Shown one piece after another: positions 52,276 to 60,477 of a stretch of 64,000 bases of DNA. The notes below the pieces were generated by a model that searched no databases, was not told the origin of the DNA, and saw only the letters and a list, made by a program, of their open reading frames with translations. A program made the position numbers and the translations under genes. The stretch is from a virus: IMG/VR virus record IMGVR_UViG_3300048837_000984, positions 1 through 64,000 of that record. One strand, 5' to 3'. Position 1 is the stretch's first letter; each line of letters opens with the position of its first letter.

Positions 52276-54389
52276 TCGGACTCCTGTTCGAGACGCCAGC
52301 GTCGCTCCTCTTCCAGTTCTTTCTTCTGGCGATTATTCCACCAGCTACGCAGAGCCATTGCTGCCGCAGCGGCACCGCCGACGCCCAGAGCACCGAGACC
52401 CCACTGAGTTGGACCCCATTTGGTTACGTCGAACATAGAAGGCGCGTTCTCTTCGGCTTTTTGCTTGGCCCTTATTTCTAGCGATCGTTTGCGCTCGGCG
52501 GTCTCTTCTATCCGCGATCTATCGTTGAGTGCCTCCTGATGCTCTCTGTCCGCCCTGTCAACTTCTTGTTTAGCCAGCCTCGCCGCTTCCTGGGCGTCTG
52601 CCGCCCGCTGGGCGTCTACTTCGCGTTGGTCCCGGAAAGCCTGTTCAAACGGCCACACAGCGCTTGTCCAAGGCTCGTCCTTTGGCGGAGCTACATCTGG
52701 CCTGTACTTGTGCCACTCCGACTCCAGGGGCGGTTCTCGAAAAGTTGGTTTTGGTGCAAACGTGTTGAGATCCTCTTGGGGAATATTTTCGAATCTCAAG
52801 AAGCCATAACGGTTGGGTGGGTTAGGCAGTTCGGCTGCCCTTCCCCGCAATTTGTACCGCCCAGCCCAATCAATCTCGTAAAGCTTCGTAAATGCGTGTG
52901 GTAGATAGAGCTTCTGTAGGCCCTTGGCCAGCGGCAGCGAAGCCACCGACTTTATCGGACTGCCGTACGTTTTTTCTACCTCGGCCAGGAATCCCGGCTG
53001 CTCGCTCGATGAGTCGCCAACAACGCTCTTGACTGCGTCCAGCAGGGGTTGCTGGTTTTCTTTCCGTTTATTGCGTAAGAACGTCTCAAGTTCTTCTTGT
53101 TTCTCGTTAACATCTCTAGTCCGGTAGTCCCGCTTGTCGACGTAACGATGGCTGCTGAAAGGAATATAAGGGTTCTTCGCCCACTGGCCGAGTGGCGTTA
53201 AATTTCTAGCCCACTGACGCAGGTTTAGAAGGTTCTGCCGCACTTGTTTCGAGTGAGTCAGTCTGGTCTCAAAATCTATCTTTCCCGACAGTCGTTCCAT
53301 GAGGCTTGGCGGCAGGTCTAGCGGGGAGTCCGGCCAATACGAAGCGGAGCCGCCGCCCTGGGCGAAGTGATACTTATCCAGCTCGGGCTCCGCTTCCGCC
53401 TCGGCGGTTGGAATGCGTGGCTTACTTGGCGGTTTTCTTGACCAGAAAAAGGCCTGCTTTTCCTCTTGCTCCACTTCCTTATACATCTTTCTGAGTTGTG
53501 CCTCTGTTCTTGGTCCAGCCGGCACGGGGGTTATTTGAGCCTCCTTCTTCCGAAGAGAGACAGAGTCGGGCAGCTTCTTCTTCGGAATGTGGATCCGGAA
53601 CCTGGTCGGCCTGTGCGTAAGGCCAACCTCGCGACCTTCCTGAGAGTCGATATCGAACTCTTCCAGCTTCATTCTCAAGAGCTTCTGCAAAAGAGAATGC
53701 TTCTCTCCATAGTTGCCCCGGTCCGATTCCTTCTTGGCTCGAATGAGATCGTCAAGAACAGAGCCCTGTTTCGGCACCCTGAGTACTCCTTGTACAGGCG
53801 TGACCGCCGGATCATAAGCAGGTGTAGTTGTGTCAACAGCTCGCGTGGCGTCTCGTTGCATAGCCTTGGGGAAGTTTTTGGCGATCTCCTGTGGCACAGG
53901 TAGCTTCGCCCCAGGTGACTTCATGCGCAGAAAATAAGTGCTCCCGTCGCCATAGGTGGGCAGCGGCTCTGGCTTTGGTCCCAGGCCCAGCCGGTGAAGG
54001 ATGTGACGAAGCGGTTGCTTGGCCATATCTGTCGCGGCACTTAAAGAATAAGTCGGCCTGGCCTCAATACTCGGCTGCTTGATGAACTTCTGTAAAGACT
54101 TCCACCCGGCGGGGGTGTAGTTCATGGGGAGATCGGTACCAGTCCAACCGCCGGGCAACCGCTTCAGGATCTCGCCAGTAAACTTGTTGTTCAGGTTTAG
54201 TTTCTGAAGAGACGGGTGGATATAGCGGTAGGAAAATGAGGGCGTGCCGCTAGGTCCCCCTGGCTTCAGGTTGGCGTATCCGACCAGCTTGTCCTTCATG
54301 AACAGGCCAAAGCCGTTGCCACCTTGCATTGGGCGGACACTGAACCGCTGACGGAAACTGATGGCGTCCTTGTCCATAGCTTCACTCAC
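52272..54389 (-). CDS. Modular K-x-A-linked protein with N-terminal GNAT-like module and C-terminal TM anchor
   Basis: LVGYA..YIHPSLQKLNLNNKF (GNAT motif-A-like); borders DKDA, KQGS, KEAQ, EKQAF; C-terminal GLGALGVGGAAAAAMAL. Confidence 0.5.
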   Translation of the reverse strand: MSEAMDKDAISFRQRFSVRPMQGGNGFGLFMKDKLVGYANLKPGGPSGTPSFSYRYIHPSLQKLNLNNKFTGEILKRLPGGWTGTDLPMNYTPAGWKSLQKFIKQPSIEARPTYSLSAATDMAKQPLRHILHRLGLGPKPEPLPTYGDGSTYFLRMKSPGAKLPVPQEIAKNFPKAMQRDATRAVDTTTPAYDPAVTPVQGVLRVPKQGSVLDDLIRAKKESDRGNYGEKHSLLQKLLRMKLEEFDIDSQEGREVGLTHRPTRFRIHIPKKKLPDSVSLRKKEAQITPVPAGPRTEAQLRKMYKEVEQEEKQAFFWSRKPPSKPRIPTAEAEAEPELDKYHFAQGGGSASYWPDSPLDLPPSLMERLSGKIDFETRLTHSKQVRQNLLNLRQWARNLTPLGQWAKNPYIPFSSHRYVDKRDYRTRDVNEKQEELETFLRNKRKENQQPLLDAVKSVVGDSSSEQPGFLAEVEKTYGSPIKSVASLPLAKGLQKLYLPHAFTKLYEIDWAGRYKLRGRAAELPNPPNRYGFLRFENIPQEDLNTFAPKPTFREPPLESEWHKYRPDVAPPKDEPWTSAVWPFEQAFRDQREVDAQRAADAQEAARLAKQEVDRADREHQEALNDRSRIEETAERKRSLEIRAKQKAEENAPSMFDVTKWGPTQWGLGALGVGGAAAAAMALRSWWNNRQKKELEEERRWRLEQESD

Positions 54390-57300
54390 TTGGTTGGCGG
54401 CGTTGGCTGAAACTCGTTAACTCGTTTTTGTCTAGCCTGTCCGATCTCGTTCGCGTGCGGTTGCAGCGACGGCGGCAACTTCAACTGGTTGACAGGCCCA
54501 GCACCAAGCTGATCCATCGGGACGGCGCCAAAGCCCTGAGCAGCCAGCGACGTAAACGGCGTGCTCGGCTGCGCTTCCTGGAGCGTGTCCGAGATACGCT
54601 GGATCCAGTCCGTCTGGCCAGCGTGTGCCATCTGACCCTGTAGTCGGCCCTCAAAGTCAGCATCCGAGGTTGCCGCATCACCGGCCCTGAGGATATCCGG
54701 CCGGTGGGCAGAGAGCAAACCGATGGTGTTCCTGTACGGCTTAAACCGCGGGTCCGACTGGATCGTCTGGTCCAGATTCGTCAGCGAAGTGTGCGCTAGC
54801 TCGCTCAGACCGTTCGGCCCGAGCTGTCGAGCGACGTCTGGGTGAGCCTGCGCCAATTGTGCAGCCAGATTCTGGACAAGGTCCTTCCTGGATCCCGTCA
54901 GAGCGTCGTGCGGCAGTGAAGTCAGCATCTTCGACATGGACTGGATAAGGGGAGCGATTACCTGAGCCTGTTGTGGACCGACGATGCCCGCCGCAGACAG
55001 TGTGGGAATCATGCCCTGACCCAGGTAGTTCTGCATCACCGGCATAACCTCGACTTCGCGCTGTGAATTCCGCACGATATCGGTCAGGCCGTTCTTGTAG
55101 ACGTACTCCTGGTTAACCTGCTGCGATCGGAACTGGTTCCAGGCCGCTCCCGGAGATACGCCCGACTGCTGCAAAAGCGCAACCCACTGTTGCGCGTTTA
55201 CCGTACCCAGGGAAGTTCCGTCTGGCATCACTGGTTTGCCAGCCCGGATGTTGTCCGCGATCTGGGCTGCCGGAGTACCGGGCCGAATGAGGCCGGCGTC
55301 TTCCAAGGCCAATGTTGCACCCATGATGTTGGCCATGGGACTGTTCGACGCAGAAGTTCTCAGTCTCTGGTCGAGGTCGACCGCATCGTCCATCGTTAAG
55401 CCGTTGAAGCCTTGTCGTCCGGCAAACTGTCCGAAAGCACGACCAAAAGCCGCGGCGCCCGGAGCCGTTCTGGACGCAAAGAGCCTCGGCAGTCCCGCTG
55501 ACTGGGCCACGTCTCCCCCATGTCCAATCAGCGAGAACAGCCTCGGCAGCCCACCAGGGGTGGATTTGGCCAGGTTGTGCAGCTGCCGAACCTGCTGCGA
55601 CACCTGCTGCGGATCCAGATTGGACAGCTGCCCCTGGGTCAACTTCTCCAGGATGTCCATCCCTTCCCCGGCAGAGAAGGCCAGCTTGATCGGACCTTTA
55701 CCTTTGCGCAGACAAGTGCGGCAGAACAACCAACCCTTCTTGTCCTTGTAAATGTGTTCCTTCTTCAGGGCCTTGTCGCAGTGCGGGCAAATGTGATGCT
55801 CGTTGCCTTCATCGTCACAGCCCATCTCCGCTTGGGTGTGAACAGCACCCTGTTTGGGCATGTGTTCAGCCATCATATCCCTCGCAGCCGCAAATGGTTG
55901 CGACAACGAAGACAGCCGGTCTGCGGTCTGCTCTGGCGACATGGGTGTCTGGGAAGACAACAGACCTCGATCACTGGCGTTGGAATAGATGTCGCTCATC
56001 TGCGAAGCAGAAAACCCGGAAGTGTCCGCACGGTTGGCGTTTGGTCCGTACAGCCTGGAGAAGATTCTCTTGGCAGTACTCGTAGCGTCATCTGCGGATA
56101 TCCCTCGCTGACCGGTGATTGGATCTCGGAGCGTCTTGGCTGTACGGAAGACCTGGCTGCCAAGGCTCGCCGCGGACCCACGCCAGCCGTGCAGGCGGTC
56201 CCACAGCTGCGGCGCGAACATCCGAATGTATGGAGCGATGGTCGAGATGTCACCGGAGGCTGAATCAATAGCCCGCTGCATCTCTGGGTTCTTGTCCGGA
56301 TTGGAACCGGCTAACCGAGCCAGACCAGATAGCATGCGCCGATACGTACCTCGGTCTTCTGACATGGCTCCGGTGGTAGCCTGCCAGTCGCCAGTGTAGG
56401 TACGCATGTTGCTCAGGCGATCCGAAACGTTACCGGCGCCTGGGGCATACAGGAGGCCGTGTTGAGCTGCCCAGTTGTTGATGAATGGGTTGACAATCAT
56501 CTGCTGCAGGACAGGCAGGAAGCTGCCGAACTGATCGACCATGGCAGCCTTTTCCAGCGAGTCTTTCGTCCCGAATGGCGGCGCCCCAGAAGTACTCTCT
56601 CCGAAGTAGGGCTTGTCCTTATAGGTGAAGTAGAAGCTGTCACCAAGAGTCTTGGGCAGGTCGTGGTAGTTAACCGTAACTTCGTCACCAGCCTGGATGG
56701 CTTTCTTGGCTATCAAGGCGACCGTGTCGTCCGGGTTCTTGCGGATGTCTGCGTTTGGCTCATCGGAATGGTTACAGTAACGGGCTTCGTCCGTTTCGTC
56801 GTAGCAGTCTAGATGGAACTGACCTTCCTTGGGAACCAGGCAGACCGGAACAATGACGTCGTCTGGACTAAATTTTTTAGTCGCAAAGATGCCCTTGCCG
56901 TCTATCTCAGATGGTTTGATCTCGACTCCTGGGCCTTCGTCCGAAGCCTTCTTGGTATCGTTGGCCTGGAGGACGCCCTTGCGTCGGACGGCGATCGTAA
57001 TGTGGAAGTCGAACTTGTTGTTGTTTGGTCTGGCCGACAAGCCGTAGCTCTTGCGCAACTTCTCCAGTTCCGGCGAAGTCACCTCAATGAACCAGCACTT
57101 ACTGATGTTTTCCCAACCGGAAGGGTTGGTGGACCGGACCGGCCCAGTAGTGTAGCGGAACGTGTGGCCCCGCTCGGAAATCTTGGACGGACCACCAATG
57201 GCCTCAACTTCGTCCGGGCGCATGACCGTAATGTGTGCGTTGAAGGCGCCGCCATTGTAGCCGGGAGGTAGTTCAATACCGGGGACGTGTAGTGCGTCAA

Positions 57301-57559
57301 AAGCACCGCGAGCAACGGCGTTGGGGACGCTGAGAAGGCACCAACCGTCTGCGGACATGTAAAGCCGCCCGGCCATGTCGTAGCTCAGGTCGGCCGCTAC
57401 TTTCTTGTGCGCTGGCTTAACGGTAAGCTTCGCCTCGCTCGCCTTATACAGTGGATCCCAATGAATTACGAACGGCTCTTCTTGGCGAGAAACCGGCGTG
57501 TCGACGGCGATGCCGTCCAGGATGCTCTGAGACCGGTTGTTTTCAGCCATCTTTCCCAT
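54386..57559 (-). CDS. Modular protein: 2H-phosphoesterase, SET domain, tape-measure-like helical region with a Zn-finger insert
   Basis: AHITV and FHITI (two HxT motifs); GKGIFATK..RYCNHS.EPN..A.K.I..GDEVTVNY (SET); CPHC..CRTC. Confidence 0.7.
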   Translation of the reverse strand: MGKMAENNRSQSILDGIAVDTPVSRQEEPFVIHWDPLYKASEAKLTVKPAHKKVAADLSYDMAGRLYMSADGWCLLSVPNAVARGAFDALHVPGIELPPGYNGGAFNAHITVMRPDEVEAIGGPSKISERGHTFRYTTGPVRSTNPSGWENISKCWFIEVTSPELEKLRKSYGLSARPNNNKFDFHITIAVRRKGVLQANDTKKASDEGPGVEIKPSEIDGKGIFATKKFSPDDVIVPVCLVPKEGQFHLDCYDETDEARYCNHSDEPNADIRKNPDDTVALIAKKAIQAGDEVTVNYHDLPKTLGDSFYFTYKDKPYFGESTSGAPPFGTKDSLEKAAMVDQFGSFLPVLQQMIVNPFINNWAAQHGLLYAPGAGNVSDRLSNMRTYTGDWQATTGAMSEDRGTYRRMLSGLARLAGSNPDKNPEMQRAIDSASGDISTIAPYIRMFAPQLWDRLHGWRGSAASLGSQVFRTAKTLRDPITGQRGISADDATSTAKRIFSRLYGPNANRADTSGFSASQMSDIYSNASDRGLLSSQTPMSPEQTADRLSSLSQPFAAARDMMAEHMPKQGAVHTQAEMGCDDEGNEHHICPHCDKALKKEHIYKDKKGWLFCRTCLRKGKGPIKLAFSAGEGMDILEKLTQGQLSNLDPQQVSQQVRQLHNLAKSTPGGLPRLFSLIGHGGDVAQSAGLPRLFASRTAPGAAAFGRAFGQFAGRQGFNGLTMDDAVDLDQRLRTSASNSPMANIMGATLALEDAGLIRPGTPAAQIADNIRAGKPVMPDGTSLGTVNAQQWVALLQQSGVSPGAAWNQFRSQQVNQEYVYKNGLTDIVRNSQREVEVMPVMQNYLGQGMIPTLSAAGIVGPQQAQVIAPLIQSMSKMLTSLPHDALTGSRKDLVQNLAAQLAQAHPDVARQLGPNGLSELAHTSLTNLDQTIQSDPRFKPYRNTIGLLSAHRPDILRAGDAATSDADFEGRLQGQMAHAGQTDWIQRISDTLQEAQPSTPFTSLAAQGFGAVPMDQLGAGPVNQLKLPPSLQPHANEIGQARQKRVNEFQPTPPTK

Positions 57560-57750
57560 CCGTGGGTAAGTTGCGAGTTCCGCTGACTTTCCCGGAGCTG
57601 TTCACCGTGCCTCGCTGCCGCTCTGCGAAGACGGGCATCTGCCCAGCGTGTCGAATCATTCAACTACACCAGCCAGTTAACGGTAAACGTCGCTATAAGC
57701 CAGCGGAACTCGCAGTGCATGTATTCTAGCAGAACCGACTTAGAAAGGAT

Positions 57751-57783
57751 GATAGCTAAAAAAGAGACCCGGTTAGGGGTCTC
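57751..57783 (-). terminator. Intrinsic terminator followed by AGCTATC
   Basis: GAGACCC..GGGTCTC stem, T tract, then AGCTATC, just after the 57790 stop. Confidence 0.8.
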
Positions 57784-57789
57784 AGATTG

Positions 57790-58533
57790 TTACTGCAGTG
57801 GCCCGCCGGACGGTCCCAGCAGGGGCTTAGCCGGCAGGCCGTCCGGCGGTGGCCCGGATGGCGGCGGAAGCCTCTTCAGCTTCCGGTCCAGCTCAAACTG
57901 AGCCAGAACCAGATCGACCACATCTGTGGTCACCGCCCGGACGACCTCCTCGGAGCGCAGGGCCGTAGTGAGGTCCTGCGCTGCCAGCTCTCTCTCACTT
58001 TCGTCAAGCGCCGAAAAGCGCTTGACGCGCTCGCGAACCGTTGCAGGGTAATCCTGCAACTTTCCGAGGGCGACGATCTTCTTGACCATCGCCTTCTCGG
58101 CGTCCTGCCGAGCCAGCCCCGTCAGTAGTTCCTCTGTCTTGCTGATCTCGAAAGACCAGCTCGACAGATTTCTAACAGTCAGGTTGTCAAACTGCCCCGG
58201 AACCTCGGGAATTTCGAGCTTCTGCCGGCGAGCCTCTAGCTCTTTGGCGAAAGCCTTCCGACCGGCGGCGTCGAGCCGCGCCACACGCTCGACATGCGGC
58301 CGGATCTCGGTCGGGCTGAATTCCTGTAGTAGCCCCTCAGCGGCGAGATCCGATGTAACCTCGTCGATAAGATCATCCGACGACGTTATTGTCGCGGCAA
58401 TCGAAGCCACGTGATGTTCGACCGTCAACGACGGTCGAATTACGATCTGGGTGCCCACGTACTGGGTACCCAGCCAGAAGCCACCAAACACCGCGACGGT
58501 GGCCACTGTCAGAATCTTTAAAAAAGTACTCAT
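57790..58533 (-). CDS. Membrane-anchored hypothetical protein
   Basis: MSTFLKILTVATVAVFGGFWLG N-terminal TM; GGGAG SD; leader nearly identical to that of 19640-20266. Confidence 0.7.
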   Translation of the reverse strand: MSTFLKILTVATVAVFGGFWLGTQYVGTQIVIRPSLTVEHHVASIAATITSSDDLIDEVTSDLAAEGLLQEFSPTEIRPHVERVARLDAAGRKAFAKELEARRQKLEIPEVPGQFDNLTVRNLSSWSFEISKTEELLTGLARQDAEKAMVKKIVALGKLQDYPATVRERVKRFSALDESERELAAQDLTTALRSEEVVRAVTTDVVDLVLAQFELDRKLKRLPPPSGPPPDGLPAKPLLGPSGGPLQ

Positions 58534-58566
58534 CTCCCGACTCCCTCTTGTTTGGGGGGTTAAAGT

Positions 58567-58606
58567 GATCTCACCCTCTATTGACCCGGAAATGACCTTA
58601 ATTTAG
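58567..58606 (-). promoter_or_regulatory. Tripartite phage promoter-like motif
   Basis: CTAAATT-N16-CAATAGA-N3-TGAGATC. Confidence 0.65.
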
Positions 58607-58809
58607 GGCGGAAAGTTGGCCCAGAAGTGACTGCACCGCAAATGCGCTGAAGACCAAAGACACAGCCGAGCGCTCTCTCGATATCGCCGCCACATACCTC
58701 GGACAGAGGTGGTGGCGCCAAAGCGACGATTCAACCAAGCCCGGTGCAGATAGTAATACTCGGTGTCGACGCCGTTGGTAGGCCAACGTCTTACAATCGC
58801 GGCCGGCAT
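58603..58809 (-). CDS. A-x-L mini-protein family member (68 aa, detached copy)
   Basis: MPAAI..RAWL..SARL..SAHL; GAGGA SD. Confidence 0.55.
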   Translation of the reverse strand: MPAAIVRRWPTNGVDTEYYYLHRAWLNRRFGATTSVRGMWRRYRESARLCLWSSAHLRCSHFWANFPP

Positions 58810-59166
58810 TCATTTATCCTCAACGAAACCGAACTTGGACATAAACAGCCGCAATTCCGGAGACAGGTCGCAAATCAGGTCTAGTAGCGCGAAAGGAGGC
58901 AGTATCCGCTCGGCCTTCTGTTGGGCAGATAGCTGCGGATCGCCAGCAACGGCTAACTCGGCAAGGACTAGCTTGCCAACCTCAGAGTCGTAAGGATATC
59001 GCCAGACAAAGCAATCACCGCTCTGCGTTGGCTGGAAGTCTACAACGATGTGGTTGGTCGCTTTCTCGTCTTGGACAAATAAATAGGTCGCGTCTACGTG
59101 AGAAGTAGACAGTCTTGCTGGGGCGATACTCCGCCACCGCTGTAAATGCTTAGACTGGATCGGCAC
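58810..59166 (-). CDS. Hypothetical protein
   Basis: GTG start with GGAGG SD, 118 aa. Confidence 0.6.
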   Translation of the reverse strand: MPIQSKHLQRWRSIAPARLSTSHVDATYLFVQDEKATNHIVVDFQPTQSGDCFVWRYPYDSEVGKLVLAELAVAGDPQLSAQQKAERILPPFALLDLICDLSPELRLFMSKFGFVEDK

Positions 59167-59210
59167 CAGAATCCTCCGAGAACTTGGGGCCAGACTTTTC
59201 TGTTCTCACT

Positions 59211-59537
59211 TCAAGTCCGCCACTGGTATTTCTTCTGCAGTTCCTCGGCCTTGTCAGGGTCAGCGATTGTTGCTCTGCGGGCCTGCAACTCTTCGACCGT
59301 CCCACCCAACTGCTCCCAGATAAAGTTGAGGCAGCAGATGACAGCGTCGCTGGTGAGGCTACAGAAGACACAGTCATCAATCAAGCCGAGAAGCGGATCC
59401 TTGACTTCGTCGTTAGCTTTACCAAGAAACTCTCTGAGACGATCCTTTACCTGGGGGTCAACTTCCCGGTCGTTCCCACCGCAGATCAGATTGAACAGTT
59501 GGTCACGAGATTCAATGGAGAAAACCTCATCGCTCAT
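59211..59537 (-). CDS. Hypothetical acidic protein
   Basis: 108 aa, ATGA overlap with the upstream ORF. Confidence 0.65.
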   Translation of the reverse strand: MSDEVFSIESRDQLFNLICGGNDREVDPQVKDRLREFLGKANDEVKDPLLGLIDDCVFCSLTSDAVICCLNFIWEQLGGTVEELQARRATIADPDKAEELQKKYQWRT

Positions 59538-59767
59538 CTGTAGTACCTCTGAAGTAACCTGGAGCCACGAGGACGACCAGCAAGGATAGGCCCCTGGCAG
59601 AAAAGGTAGCCATGTCGAAGCCAGGCATGCGAGTTTCCCATTTGTCTTGCCCGGTTAAGATAGGCCGCGAGGCCCGCAGAATACCGTCTATAGACAAAAA
59701 CAGAACCGTTGCGGAGTAAGTGTCGATAATGTCCTACGCCATGAAGAAGTGCAGCTACGCACAGCAT
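59534..59767 (-). CDS. A-x-L mini-protein (77 aa)
   Basis: MLCVAAL..AGL.AYL..AWL; GAGG SD. Confidence 0.6.
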   Translation of the reverse strand: MLCVAALLHGVGHYRHLLRNGSVFVYRRYSAGLAAYLNRARQMGNSHAWLRHGYLFCQGPILAGRPRGSRLLQRYYR

Positions 59768-59771
59768 TGAA

Positions 59772-59990
59772 TCAACCTCGCTGATGTAGGTGAGACCGAC
59801 TACGCCAGAGTAGCCGTGCTTCTTGCCCGATAAGCTGGTGCGGCGACCGGATCTTGCAGCTCGACAGACGGGAAAGAGTAGCGCGCCGATGCCACGGCCA
59901 TGCGCCACCTCCAGAAGCTAGACAGGCAGCAGCCAGGCAGAAAACAAATGCTGTTGGCTCACCGTGATAAAGGTTTGCGGCATAGCTCAA
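59772..59990 (-). CDS. A-x-L mini-protein (72 aa)
   Basis: TTG start in TTGA overlap; MSYAANL..ACL..ATL..ARL. Confidence 0.6.
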   Translation of the reverse strand: MSYAANLYHGEPTAFVFCLAAACLASGGGAWPWHRRATLSRLSSCKIRSPHQLIGQEARLLWRSRSHLHQRG

Positions 59991-60241
59991 TCTTCTTTCC
60001 TTCCTGGTGAAAGCCAGGCCTGAGAAAGGCCTTGGTGCGTGGCGACACGATTGTACCCATGACCTTGGCGGAGTCCACTATCCGAAGCAATGAACCGCAA
60101 ACCCGAAAACAGTCGCAAGTTAGCTGCGCATTGCAGCACCTGAATTCCGTAGACCTCACGCGGTAAGACTGTGTTGGCATGCCAGCGCGACCAGCCGTAC
60201 CTAAAGTTGGTATAACTTGTAAGTGCCGCTCGACAGTTCAA
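59987..60241 (-). CDS. A-x-L mini-protein (84 aa)
   Basis: AAGGAG-N6-TTG, TTGA overlap; MNCRAAL..ANL..AWLSPG. Confidence 0.65.
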   Translation of the reverse strand: MNCRAALTSYTNFRYGWSRWHANTVLPREVYGIQVLQCAANLRLFSGLRFIASDSGLRQGHGYNRVATHQGLSQAWLSPGRKED

Positions 60242-60477
60242 TTCCATCTCCTTTGACAAAGCTTCGCGCAGTCACACGACATGGCCGCGGACGCATACAC
60301 TGAGGACCTTTTGCCAGTCCGAAGCCAGCAACACTGGTCGTAAGTCTTGTCGCACGCAGGCGTGAAAAAGGCCTGCGATAGCCAGCCCCACCACGAACGG
60401 GACGGCAGTAGGCGGGCTGACGTAGACTTGAAATATACTTCGGATTGATGTCGACACAGGGACGCCCGACTGAGCAT
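60238..60477 (-). CDS. A-x-L mini-protein (79 aa)
   Basis: GGGAG SD, TAATG overlap; MLSRASL..ARL..AKL. Confidence 0.65.
   Translation of the reverse strand: MLSRASLCRHQSEVYFKSTSARLLPSRSWWGWLSQAFFTPACDKTYDQCCWLRTGKRSSVYASAAMSCDCAKLCQRRWN

Noticed and set aside
58598-58813. 71-aa ORF MNAGRDCK..
   Set aside because: The overlapping frame 58603-58809 has an SD, the family A-x-L pattern and a stop embedded in the promoter box, so it is preferred.
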